Below are positions 8,772 to 19,400 of a stretch of DNA of 64,000 nt, in pieces. The position numbers and the translations under genes are program-made. Every line of letters starts with the position of its first letter. Position 1 is the stretch's first letter. This stretch comes from an uncultured Chitinophagales bacterium (lineage in GTDB: Bacteria > Bacteroidota > Bacteroidia > Chitinophagales > JADIYW01), in NCBI GenBank assembly GCA_964490845.1, contig CAZBED010000004.1, forward strand, positions 587 through 64,586, given 5' to 3'. Below the pieces are notes generated by a model. It searched no databases, was not told the origin of the DNA, and saw only the letters and a program-made list of their open reading frames with translations.

Positions 8772-10637
8772 TCAGAATTTTTCTATCGTTCGTTCAATAA
8801 TATTATTGTTGTTATCCAATACCAGTTTGTAAGCGCCGCGGGCTAAATCATTCAAGTCAATTGTTTTATTGTACAAACCTTTTGTTAAGAAACCAAAGTC
8901 CACTCTTTTTACGAGTTTTCCGCTCAGGTCATAGATTTTTGCTTCCAGATTGGAATTGGCAGCTAAATTGAACTGCATGTAAATTTTGTCAATAAAAGGA
9001 TTTGGATATGTACTCATCATAATCAGCTCATTCGCTTTGGTATGAATACCGCTGACAACGTCGGTTCTCGGTGTTTCCGGCGCCGGAAATTGTTTCGGAT
9101 CTAATTTTACAGATTGGGCAGTAGCTTTTTTCAGCCACCGGGTAGATGGCAGCGTAAACCAGGCGCCTTCATAAGTCTGGTTGGTATCCCTGGAAAGGAC
9201 TGTTTTAACAGCATAAAAATTACCTTGTGCCTGGCTTTCCGTTAAATCTAAAACACCATACCCTTTTTTATATAAATCGACATATTTTATATGTGGCAAT
9301 AAGGTAGACACTAAACCATATATCGGGTCCAACGGAACAGGCGAGGAGCCGGAAGTGACACTGGTGCATACAAATTCCACACCGACAGAACCTTGTCCGG
9401 TATTCGGATTGTAAGTGGATTGTTTATAGGGCAAATCCATTGCCCAGGCGGTATGGATATCTCCTGTCAGTACAATAACGTTTTGAATATTGTTGTTCAG
9501 GATAATGTCATACAATTTTTTACGTTCAGTTTGGTAGCCGTCCCACTGGTCATTATTCAGGATGATGCCAGTACCATCCAGTTGCCATAACGGATTAAGG
9601 TTACCAACCATTACCTGTTGCCCTAATACTTTCCATTTAGCGGTTGAGTTTTTCAGTTCTGTTTCCAGCCAGGCCATTTGTTCGGTGCCTAACAGTTTTC
9701 TGAGGCTGTCCGCCAATACACCTTGTTCGGTTCTGGCATACAAGCGGGTGTCGAGCATAAACAAATCCACCAGATTACCGTAACTGATTTTTCTCCATAT
9801 CTTATTTGGATTTCCGGGTTCCGGCAAACGGATAGGCATCCATTCGTCATACGCTTCCTGACCTGCTGCTTTTCGCAGGCTCCAGGGGCCTTCGCTGGCA
9901 GTAGTGTGGTTTTCAGCACCGTTCATGTAGGAATTATTTGCCGTTTCATGGTCATCCCAAACGGTAATGAACGGATACTGCTGATGTACCTTGCGGGTAG
10001 AAGGATCTAAGCGGTGGGTTGAATAACGCTGGCGATAATCAATTAAACGGATAATTTCGGATGAAGGCATCTGGTCAGTTCTTGGTGCGCCAATGTTAGT
10101 AGCATACTCATAAATGTAATCTCCTAAATGTAAAACGGCATCTACGTCATTTCTGTCTTTTATTCTGTCATAAGCATTAAAATAACCTCCGGGATAATTG
10201 GAGCAGGAAACAAAAGCGAATCGCAATTGATTAACACCTCCAACCGGTGCTGTTTTGGTTCTTCCTGTTAATGAATTTTTACCTAGTGCGGTAAATTCAT
10301 AGTAGTACCAAGTATTTGGGGACAAACCTGTTACATCTATTTTTACGGTATAATCTCTGGAACTGTCAGTGCTGAATGTTCCTGACTGGACGATGGAAGT
10401 AAAGTTGGTGTCCAGTGCCATTCTCCAGGTTCCTGTAATAGTGCCTGCTATTTCAGGAGTGACACGTGTCCAGATAATTACTGCACCGGGTGTCGGGTCT
10501 CCTGATGCCACGCCATGATAGAACGGCGCCAGAGTCGTATCGGCCATAGACCGCATCTGTTCGTCAGAAGGTAGGATAGCATAGGATAAGGACAGTGATA
10601 AAATAAAAGAGAAAACAAAAAGTACAGATTTTTTCAT
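8772..10637 (-). CDS. phoD: alkaline phosphatase D family phosphodiesterase with T9SS C-terminal sorting domain
   Basis: Signal peptide, PhoD N-domain (GVASGDPTP..VIIWTR), metallophosphoesterase motifs (LHLGDYIYE, WDDHE, GDIH) and a C-terminal YPNPF...YDLSGKLV...GAYKLVL sorting domain. Confidence 0.85.
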   Translation of the reverse strand: MKKSVLFVFSFILSLSLSYAILPSDEQMRSMADTTLAPFYHGVASGDPTPGAVIIWTRVTPEIAGTITGTWRMALDTNFTSIVQSGTFSTDSSRDYTVKIDVTGLSPNTWYYYEFTALGKNSLTGRTKTAPVGGVNQLRFAFVSCSNYPGGYFNAYDRIKDRNDVDAVLHLGDYIYEYATNIGAPRTDQMPSSEIIRLIDYRQRYSTHRLDPSTRKVHQQYPFITVWDDHETANNSYMNGAENHTTASEGPWSLRKAAGQEAYDEWMPIRLPEPGNPNKIWRKISYGNLVDLFMLDTRLYARTEQGVLADSLRKLLGTEQMAWLETELKNSTAKWKVLGQQVMVGNLNPLWQLDGTGIILNNDQWDGYQTERKKLYDIILNNNIQNVIVLTGDIHTAWAMDLPYKQSTYNPNTGQGSVGVEFVCTSVTSGSSPVPLDPIYGLVSTLLPHIKYVDLYKKGYGVLDLTESQAQGNFYAVKTVLSRDTNQTYEGAWFTLPSTRWLKKATAQSVKLDPKQFPAPETPRTDVVSGIHTKANELIMMSTYPNPFIDKIYMQFNLAANSNLEAKIYDLSGKLVKRVDFGFLTKGLYNKTIDLNDLARGAYKLVLDNNNNIIERTIEKF

Positions 10638-10743
10638 GTCATAGATTTTATATCGAAAATTACATCATTTTTTACATAAAACAAGGCAGTACAGCAATAA
10701 TTCACAGAAGTTTATCAAATTGTGACAAAAGTCAACCCGAAAA

Positions 10744-11463
10744 TTATAAATAAAGATAGAATGAATTTAAAAGCGCAATGGATGTTTCGCTGTATTGGTT
10801 TGCTTCATTTTTAATGCTGAACGATAAATCCTGGGACAGCATGGTATCATCAAATGAGAATATAACGGCATACCGGAAGAAATCATGCCTGGGTGTTTGT
10901 CGGATATGTATGGATTGTTCCGGATATAATTTCAACAATTGCGCGTACTTCAGGCATTCCTCTTTCCTGTAGTAGGGCAGAAGTATTGCCAGTTTTCCAT
11001 TTTCTGATAACAGACCGGCAGCATGTGTAAGCAGATTTTCCAAAGTCAGGTCTATTGCATGTTTTGCGGTACGTTCTCTTTCGTCTGCTGAGTGCACCTG
11101 ATGCTCGTAGAATGGAGGGTTGGTAATAATTAAATCGTATTTTTTGGATGGATTGAAATATTTGAAATCTTCATTTAATACAGTTATTCTGTCCTTGTAA
11201 GTGGAGTTGGCAATATTTTCTTTCGCCTGAAAAAATGCAGCTTCGTCAATTTCTACAGCATCGATAGCAGCGTTTGTTTTTTGTGCCATTATCAGGCTTA
11301 ATAGCCCTGTTCCGGCACCTATATCCAGCATATTTTTGACATCATCATTTGCGGGAATCCAGGCTCCGAACAAACAGGCATCCGTACAGACTTTCATGGC
11401 GCATCTGTCCTGTTCTATCCTGAAATTTTTGAATTGAAAGTAATGATTGGGCATGAAATACAA
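10744..11463 (-). CDS. trmN6: tRNA1(Val) adenine37-N6 methyltransferase-like SAM methyltransferase
   Basis: SAM motif DIGAGTGLLSL, catalytic NPPF motif and an FKNFRIEQDRCAMKV N-terminus typical of the YfiC/TrmN6 family. Confidence 0.7.
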   Translation of the reverse strand: MYFMPNHYFQFKNFRIEQDRCAMKVCTDACLFGAWIPANDDVKNMLDIGAGTGLLSLIMAQKTNAAIDAVEIDEAAFFQAKENIANSTYKDRITVLNEDFKYFNPSKKYDLIITNPPFYEHQVHSADERERTAKHAIDLTLENLLTHAAGLLSENGKLAILLPYYRKEECLKYAQLLKLYPEQSIHIRQTPRHDFFRYAVIFSFDDTMLSQDLSFSIKNEANQYSETSIALLNSFYLYL

Positions 11464-11477
11464 AGGTAGTAAAAGTT

Positions 11478-11512
11478 ACAGGTTCGATAGCATCAAATAC
11501 TATCGAACCTGT
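11478..11512 (-). terminator. stem-loop downstream of htrA (13-bp perfect stem)
   Basis: ACAGGTTCGATAG (11478-11490), 9-nt loop, CTATCGAACCTGT (11500-11512). There is no long U-tract. Confidence 0.55.
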
Positions 11513-11535
11513 ACTAATAACTTATAACATTACCC

Positions 11536-13020
11536 TTAATACCCGAAAGCATAATATTTTATACCATTCTGATTGGGATATTTTCCTTCCATCAGAATGC
11601 CGTTGCCTCTTGAATCTGAGAGTATATCTTCCAGATCTTCTTTCTTAGAAACTGCTCTGTTGTTGATGGCTGTTATGATAAATCCTTCCTGGATATTCGT
11701 ATTTTGTTTGATGATGCCATCCGTTATTTTGGTGACGCGGATGCCGGAACCGATTCCTAATTTCTTTGCTTCTAATCCTGAAACGGATTCAACGCTGATG
11801 CCCAGATTTTCCAGTGTGTTGGTTGAATTTTTGGTATCTTTTGTCAACAGAGCAGTAGTGTTGTCTTTTGATTTTAATGTAACAGTTTTAGTGAGCATAT
11901 TACCGTCTCTGTATATCTCTACATTTACCTTGTCGCCCGGACGGTAGTTGGCAATATGCTCCTGCAAATCCGCTGAATTTTTTATATCATTTTCACCTAC
12001 TTTTATAATTACATCTCCTCGTTTAATGCCTCCGTCTTCCGCAGCGCTGTTTTTGTTCACTTCGGCAATATAGGCTCCCTGTATTTTTTTAAGTTTCAGG
12101 TCTTTTGCCAGTTCGTCATCAATTTCACGTATATTAACTCCTAAAAAACCACGCTGCACGATGCCGAAATCAATAATATCTTTGACTACTTTCTTTGCCA
12201 GATTAGACGGAATCGCGAAAGAATAACCGGCATAAGAACCTGTTGGCGTGGCAATGGCCGAATTAATACCTATAAGGTTTCCGTTCAGGTCGACCAGTGC
12301 ACCGCCGCTATTGCCGGGATTAACCGCAGCGTCAGTTTGTATGAAAGATTCTATCGCCAGATTTCCGGCTTTTTCTCTTAAAATGTTGATGTTGCGTGCC
12401 TTGGCGGAGATAATGCCGGCAGTAACGGTAGATGCCAGATTAAAAGGGTTTCCGACCGCCAGTACCCATTGCCCCACTTCCGCAGCGTCGGAATTGGCGA
12501 AGGTCAGGTATTGCAAATCGGAGGTTTCAATTTTTATAACCGCCAAATCCGTGTTCGGGTCATTACCAATTAATTTGGCTTTAAATTCCCTGTTGTCAAA
12601 CAAGTTTACTTTTATTTCATCGGCTCCTTCCACCACATGGTTATTCGTTACAATATAGCCGTCATTACTGATAATCACACCTGAGCCGGATGCTTCCTGA
12701 TCCTGATCCGGCATTTCAAACGGGGAATTGCCAAACGGGTCTCCGAAAAACTGAAAAAACGGATTCATGTTCCGTTGGTATTTAGGTTGCTTTTTCGCTT
12801 TGATAGTTGTGTTGATATGCACCACAGCCGGTGTACTCACTTTTGCTGCCTGCACAAATGCATCGCCGGATAAAGCGCCGTTATAACCGGCGAATTTTAC
12901 CGGAATGGTGTTACTTTCTCTGATAATAGTAGCTGAATGGCCGTTAAACTTGTTTGAAACGGCAACGGCAGTCATTGCGCTGATGACGCCAATTACAAAA
13001 TATCCCAATAGCTTTTTCAT
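11536..13020 (-). CDS. htrA: periplasmic serine endoprotease HtrA/DegP/DegQ family with two PDZ domains
   Basis: Signal anchor; trypsin-like triad contexts (TNNHVV, DLAVIK, GNSGGALV); two C-terminal PDZ-like segments. Confidence 0.9.
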   Translation of the reverse strand: MKKLLGYFVIGVISAMTAVAVSNKFNGHSATIIRESNTIPVKFAGYNGALSGDAFVQAAKVSTPAVVHINTTIKAKKQPKYQRNMNPFFQFFGDPFGNSPFEMPDQDQEASGSGVIISNDGYIVTNNHVVEGADEIKVNLFDNREFKAKLIGNDPNTDLAVIKIETSDLQYLTFANSDAAEVGQWVLAVGNPFNLASTVTAGIISAKARNINILREKAGNLAIESFIQTDAAVNPGNSGGALVDLNGNLIGINSAIATPTGSYAGYSFAIPSNLAKKVVKDIIDFGIVQRGFLGVNIREIDDELAKDLKLKKIQGAYIAEVNKNSAAEDGGIKRGDVIIKVGENDIKNSADLQEHIANYRPGDKVNVEIYRDGNMLTKTVTLKSKDNTTALLTKDTKNSTNTLENLGISVESVSGLEAKKLGIGSGIRVTKITDGIIKQNTNIQEGFIITAINNRAVSKKEDLEDILSDSRGNGILMEGKYPNQNGIKYYAFGY

Positions 13021-13112
13021 AAACGTATTTATTTTAATGATTGCAAATTACACACCTTACAACAAAAGAATCTTTTAAAAAATTATAATGTCGGGTTAAA
13101 AAAAGTTAACTA

Positions 13113-13120
13113 TATGTTTG
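13113..13120 (+). promoter_or_regulatory. candidate -7 box TATGTTTG (TAnnTTTG) for dapF operon
   Basis: Exact match to the Bacteroidota -7 consensus, 13 nt before ATG 13134. Confidence 0.45.
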
Positions 13121-13133
13121 ATTGTAATACAGT

Positions 13134-13943
13134 ATGAATACCTTATTTTTGTACATGCCTATTCGATTTTTTAAATATCAGGGGACAGGAAATGATTTTG
13201 TATTGATTGACAACAGGAAGTCGGAATTTCCGGTTGGCGATACGGCGTTAATTCATAAGATTTGCGATCGTCGGTTTGGTGTCGGCGCTGACGGCCTGAT
13301 GTTGCTGGAACAACACACGTCTGCCGATTTTAAGATGGTTTATTTCAATGCAGACGGGAACGAAAGCACTATGTGCGGTAACGGCGGCAGATGTATCAGC
13401 GCTTTTGCACGCCATTTGGGCGTAGCCGGAGAACAGGGTAAATTTATGGCTATTGACGGAGAGCATGAATATATTCTGAAAGATCATCTGGTACATTTAA
13501 AAATGATAGATGTTGCAACAATTTCAAATGACGGAGATGATTCCGTTTTGTTTACCGGCTCACCGCATTACGTGTCCTTCAGAAAGGATATTTCTTCCTT
13601 GAAAATTACCGAAGAGGCACATAAAGTAAGGTATAACGCCACTTATCGAAGTGAAGGCATTAATGTAAATTTTGCAGAGGATTCAAAAGGACGGATTTCC
13701 ATGCGTACCTACGAAAGAGGTGTAGAAGATGAAACGCTGTCGTGCGGCACCGGCACGGTAGCCGTAGCGTTGTGTGTTGCTAAAAAAGATAATATACCAA
13801 CCGGCCGTCTTGAAATACATACACCGGGAGGCTTGCTAAGTGTTTCATTTGAAGAAGAAGGTGGCAAGTATAAAAATATCTGGCTGATCGGGCCTGCGGA
13901 ATTTGTATTTGAAGGTGTTTTGAACGAGTCGGTACTAGTATGA
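13134..13943 (+). CDS. dapF: diaminopimelate epimerase
   Basis: GTGNDFV N-terminal motif and two catalytic Cys contexts (MCGNGGRC, SCGTG). The true start may be the ATG at 13155 (MPIRFFKYQG). Confidence 0.9.
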   Translation: MNTLFLYMPIRFFKYQGTGNDFVLIDNRKSEFPVGDTALIHKICDRRFGVGADGLMLLEQHTSADFKMVYFNADGNESTMCGNGGRCISAFARHLGVAGEQGKFMAIDGEHEYILKDHLVHLKMIDVATISNDGDDSVLFTGSPHYVSFRKDISSLKITEEAHKVRYNATYRSEGINVNFAEDSKGRISMRTYERGVEDETLSCGTGTVAVALCVAKKDNIPTGRLEIHTPGGLLSVSFEEEGGKYKNIWLIGPAEFVFEGVLNESVLV

Positions 13944-14890
13944 TAAAAATATACTCCATATACGAAGGACATTTGACCGAACTGGCGCAGCCGGAGAGGG
14001 ATTGCTGGATTAATATAGCACCGCCGTTTCATCTGGAGCAACTGGAGGCTTTGGCCAAAAAGCTGGAAATGCCGTATTCTTTTATATTGGATTGTATTGA
14101 CCAGTATGAGCGTTCCCGGTATGAAAAACAGGATGATGCCAAGCTGATTGTTATCAATACACCTATATTAAATGAGGGGTTTGATATGGAAGATGAGGCA
14201 ACCTACATTACCATTCCTGTTGGTATTATTCTTATACCTGATATGATATTAACGGTGAGTTCACTAAGTAACCCGATGATAGAGTGGGTGGAAAAGAATA
14301 TTGTCAAACTGGGAACATTGAATGAACGTAATTTCTTCGTGTTGAAGATTTTTGAACGAAACGTGTATTATTTCTTGCATTATCTGCGGGAAATTAATAA
14401 AAGGATTTCACAAATTGAGAAAGAACTCAACTATTCCAGCAGGAATCAGGAATTGAATAAACTACTCCATTTGCAAAAAGCGCTGATTTATTTTGTCAAT
14501 GATATCCGTGCCAATGAAATGGTGTTGCTGAAAATACAACGAACGGACTTTTTAAATTTCAAAGATGATGATACATCGAATGAATTATTTCAGGATATTC
14601 TGATTGATAACTCTCAGGCATTGGAAATGGCGAATGTGTATTCTAACATTCTTGGAAATATGATGGGCGCCTTTGCATCTATTATATCTAATAATCTGGG
14701 CCATGTGGTAAACCGACTGACTGCCGTGACTATTGCCTTGATGTTGCCAACGCTGGTGGCCGGTATCTATGGTATGAACGTAGATTTGCCGTTTCAGCAT
14801 CAGCGCCATGCGTTTACGATTGTCGTACTGATTAGTGTATTGGTCACCATATTATTTGTTGTGTATTTCAGAAAAAAACGCTGGTTATAA
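13940..14890 (+). CDS. corA: CorA-family magnesium/cobalt transporter
   Basis: YGMN signature (GIYGMNVDLPF) between two C-terminal TM helices. ATGA overlap with the dapF stop. Confidence 0.8.
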   Translation: MIKIYSIYEGHLTELAQPERDCWINIAPPFHLEQLEALAKKLEMPYSFILDCIDQYERSRYEKQDDAKLIVINTPILNEGFDMEDEATYITIPVGIILIPDMILTVSSLSNPMIEWVEKNIVKLGTLNERNFFVLKIFERNVYYFLHYLREINKRISQIEKELNYSSRNQELNKLLHLQKALIYFVNDIRANEMVLLKIQRTDFLNFKDDDTSNELFQDILIDNSQALEMANVYSNILGNMMGAFASIISNNLGHVVNRLTAVTIALMLPTLVAGIYGMNVDLPFQHQRHAFTIVVLISVLVTILFVVYFRKKRWL

Positions 14891-15948
14891 TGATGCAGTC
14901 AGAATTAACAACCATACGGAATGTCCTGGTTTTTTTTACATCGGTAATAGTTCTGGGGCTATTGTACCTATTACAGGATTTGCTCATTCCGCTTATGTTG
15001 GCCATGTTTCTGGCATTGTTATTCCAGCCCAGCCTCGTCTGGTTTGAAAAACGTAAAATTCCACTTTGGCTAAGTATCACTATTATTTTAATTTTGTTCC
15101 TGACCACGATCTTTTTCATAGGCACGGTTATATATAAGACAGGAGCGGAGATTTATGGAGAAAAAGAGTACATTCTCTCTCAGGTTAACGACAAGTTATC
15201 CGGATTACTCGAGATGTACAATCGGTTTACAGGTAAAAAACTGGATTTAGAGCATTTGTTCAATGATATAACGTCGGGAATTTCATCAGAAATGATTATG
15301 TCAAATTCGGGGTCTATTTTTGGTACCTTAGGTTCGCTTTTTGAAGAATTCCTGCTAACAGCTATTTATCTTGTTATTCTGCTTTCCGGAATCATGCGCT
15401 ATGAAAATTATCTGCATTATCTGGGTGGAGAAGGGAAGAGCAGAAAATACATTGCGGCATTCGAACAGATTAAGAATTCCATCGTTTCTTATATGAAAGT
15501 AAAACTGATTATCAGTATTTTCTATGGGGTAGGTGTGACTGTGATTGGGTTGTTGTTCGGATTGCAGTTTGCTTTCTTTTGGGGTTTTATCGGTTTTGTT
15601 TTGAATTTCCTGCCGGTTTTCGGCGCTATTATAGGGTTGGTTCCGGTGTTTATCATGGGGCTAATTCAGTTTGATTCCGTTTATACCGCTGTTGCCCTCA
15701 ACCTGACGGCCTATGGATATCATTTTATTTTGGCCTCTGTGTTAGAGCCGATCTTTATGGGTAACCGAACTTCTTTAAATACGATAGTTGTGATTATGGG
15801 GTTACTGTTTTGGGGATATTTGTGGGGGATTTATGGTATGTTTCTGTCGGTTCCGCTTATGGTACTGACAAAAGTGGTACTCAGTCAGATTGAAGGTACT
15901 GATATGATCGTGCGGTTGTTAGGGTCTCAGAATGATACCGGTAAGTAA
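14890..15948 (+). CDS. AI-2E family (PerM/YdiK-like) transporter
   Basis: Polytopic membrane protein of about 350 aa with the family's typical helix layout. TAATG overlap with the corA stop. Confidence 0.7.
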   Translation: MMQSELTTIRNVLVFFTSVIVLGLLYLLQDLLIPLMLAMFLALLFQPSLVWFEKRKIPLWLSITIILILFLTTIFFIGTVIYKTGAEIYGEKEYILSQVNDKLSGLLEMYNRFTGKKLDLEHLFNDITSGISSEMIMSNSGSIFGTLGSLFEEFLLTAIYLVILLSGIMRYENYLHYLGGEGKSRKYIAAFEQIKNSIVSYMKVKLIISIFYGVGVTVIGLLFGLQFAFFWGFIGFVLNFLPVFGAIIGLVPVFIMGLIQFDSVYTAVALNLTAYGYHFILASVLEPIFMGNRTSLNTIVVIMGLLFWGYLWGIYGMFLSVPLMVLTKVVLSQIEGTDMIVRLLGSQNDTGK

Positions 15949-16216
15949 ATTATTACATCCAATAAATTCGTTAACTTCTGAAAATCAGGATATGATTTTA
16001 GTGCATACTCTTTATCATGGTATGTATAAATTAATCGTGATTATTTTGACGGGATAAACAGGAAAAATAAAGACTTTTTGAAAATTATACACATAAAAAT
16101 AATTATCATTTATTAATCGTTACCAAATGCCTATCTAAAGGTAAAATTTTGTTGATTTTACTTGTTAATTATGAAATTGAACAGCCTGATTGTGAGCATT
16201 ATCCACAATAATTAAT

Positions 16217-16224
16217 TACATTTG
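16217..16224 (+). promoter_or_regulatory. candidate -7 box TACATTTG upstream of giant adhesin gene
   Basis: Exact consensus match in the 469-bp AT-rich intergenic region. It would give a leader of about 190-270 nt. Confidence 0.3.
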
Positions 16225-16417
16225 ATTATCATTTAAACGGTTTAGTATGCATTTATAGCTCTCATTTTGTGAGGAGAACTACAATGTGTGTAATTAAATT
16301 TAGTTAATTTAAAACAGGTGGCAATGATGTACTTAGTCTTATTCATCCCTGCCAATAGGGCAAAATCACCTGGCTTTAGAGTGACTAAAATTAAACTAAA
16401 CAACAAAACAATAGTAT

Positions 16418-19400
16418 ATGAATAGACTCTACACCGTAAACAATATTTTCAGTCTTGCCAACCCAATTTTGATGATGAAAAACCTGACTTTCATGCGAGA
16501 AAGAATTTTTAGCAGCTTTCTCCCCAAACACCTGAGTGCTGTTTTGTTTTTGATGGTATTGATAATTCATTTCAACACATTATCACAGAGTACAGCAAAT
16601 TATACATTTGCCAGCAATAACAATGGAACATTAGCTGCAGACTTAAATGGCAATACAGTAGATATGACTTCTGGGACAACAGCTCTCATCGCTGCGGGTG
16701 TAGATGATGGGAACAACAGTAATACTCTTACCAATTTTAACTTAGGTGCCGGCAGTACATTTGAATTTTGGTTTATGGGCAATAGATACACCCAATTTAA
16801 TGCCGGTTCTAATGGTATGTTACAACTTGGGACTGCAATATCTACTACTGCTTATAACATACCGCAATCAACCAATCCCGTCATAGCTCCTTTTTCATCA
16901 GATTTAAAGACAGGGTCTGATGGAGCGGTAAGAGCAAAAGTGGTAGGTACAGCACCCAACAGATGTTTGGTTATAGAGTACTTAAACATGATGCTCCATT
17001 ACGGAACAACTACGGCTGCAGGCACAGGAACATATCAAGTTCGGTTGTATGAGTCTACTGGGCTAATAGAATATGTTTATGGAGCAATGGCAAGAAATGG
17101 TAATACCCCAACAACCAGTACCGTTACCATTGGTTTTTCTGTAAATACAACTGCAAATAATATAATATCTATAAACACCAGCTCACATACAGCAAGTACA
17201 TCTGCTACCGTAACAACAAATACATATACAGCAAGTACTACGATTTCTAATTTAAACTCAGCATCAAATGGTAGCAGGAGATTTTATATGTTCACACCAA
17301 AGACTGTGGCAGCACCCACAAATCTTACTTTCAGCTCCATTTCTGGTACTGGTATGACTTTGAACTGGACTGCGTCTTCACCAACCACCAATGTATTAAA
17401 GTATGCTGTGTATTACTCTACAGATGGTGGAGCAACCTACACCTATGTGAATACAACTAATCTAGGAACAAACACTTTAGCAGTAACGGGATTAACAATT
17501 GGAACCACTTACGATTGGAAAGTAGTTGCAGTGAGTGAAGGCGCTGTAAGTACGGCTCTAACCGGAACTCAGGCTACTAGCCCGCCTGCTACCTATTATT
17601 GGGTGGGTACAGCCACTGCTGAATTTAATACTGCGGCAACCTGGAATACTGCCGCAAATGGGTCAGGTTCTTCCAGAACATCTGCTTTAAGCTCAGATAT
17701 ATTAATTGTGGATGGGGCGGGCACAACGGCTGGTGCAGCTATTACCGGTGGTACTATTAATTTAGCTGCAAGTGTCGGACAATTAAAAATTACAAGCAAT
17801 ACTTCTTTTACTTTATCTTCATCGTCAACTACTACTAGGGTAATAACAATTAACGGTGCCAGTGGTGATGATTTTGTAATTGAAAATGGTAGCTCTTTAA
17901 TTTTGACAAACGCGGCAAACGCGGTCGGTATTGCTTTTTCTGGAACAGGAAACACAGGAGATATCTCCGGCACAATGACTTTAGGAGGCAGTGCTTCTAA
18001 TACAGTTACTACAACAGGGGGGACGGGGACATTGGTTACAGTGAAGAGTACTGGTATAGTAAACCTGACTTCAACAGCGATTTTACTTGTCGGATCAACG
18101 GCTACATTAAGTTTTGCCAACAGTTCTAATTGTAATGTTAGCGGTGCAACAACAGGTGCTCCTCCAGTACCGTTAGCTACGTGGGGAACTACATCAAACC
18201 TCACTATTTCGGGTTTAACATCATCCACCTCACCCGCTACTAATAATGTTCAGTCCTTTGGTAATTTTATTTATGATTGCTCAGGTGCAACAGGCACAAT
18301 GAGCTGGTTTACAACCAGTACAACAGGTGTCATTAAGGGTGATTTAACCGTAAAAGCGTTAAGCACAGGTATTTTCAGACTACTTACTTCAGGTACTTTA
18401 GCTGTCAATGGAAATATTATAGTAGATGGTACGGGAACAACAGGAGCTGTAGACTTTATGAGCGGTGCTGGTATATTAACTGTAGGAGGAAGTATCAATG
18501 TAAATAATTCATCTATAGTTAATTTTGCTAAAGGTACTGGAGGAAGTATTAGTGTTACCGGCAATGTAACTGTTTCCAATTCAGGAGTTGTAAATTTTGG
18601 CAATGCCTCAGGTGCATCTCCCGTTACAATTTCAGGTAATTTGAATCTTAATTCAAATGGTACATCATCGGTTGCCTTATCTTCCGGTGTACAGACAGTA
18701 AATATAACAGGTAATTTTAATCAGGCTGCAGGTTCTTTTCAGATAGGTTCAGGTAGCGGTACCGGTACATTAAAAGTAGCAGGATCATTTACCGGAGTTT
18801 CGATAGTTAACCCAAGTTCTTCAACAACAGGTGTTATTGAATTTAATGGAAGTGCAAGTCAATCTGTTACACCCGGGTCTACCTTTACCGGAACAACAAA
18901 TATTACTGTATCTAATCCCGCAGGTATTGCCATAACAGGAACTCTGCCTTTAAACGCGGGGACTACCTTCACGGCAGCTGCAAATGGTACAGCCGTAACC
19001 TCTGGTACGGTAACATATAGCACAACTACAACATTGGCTTATGTAACTTCGCTTGGTACGCAAACAACAGGAAACGAATTTCCGTCTTCTAGCGGACCAG
19101 TAAACTTAACAATTAACAATACTTCAGCTACTCCTAATATTACATTAACAGGTTCCAGAACAGTAACCGGTACACTTACTATTACGGCAGGCAGGCTTTT
19201 GCTGGGTAATAATGATTTGACACTTGCCAGTGGTGGTACACAAACAATTTCTACACCGGGTATATCCAAGATGATAGTAACAAACGGAACAGGTTTATAC
19301 AAGAGAGCAATTTCTACTACAGCCTCTACATCCTATTTATATCCGATTGGTGATATAACTGGGACAATCCAATATTCACCTGTTACATTGACTTTTAACT

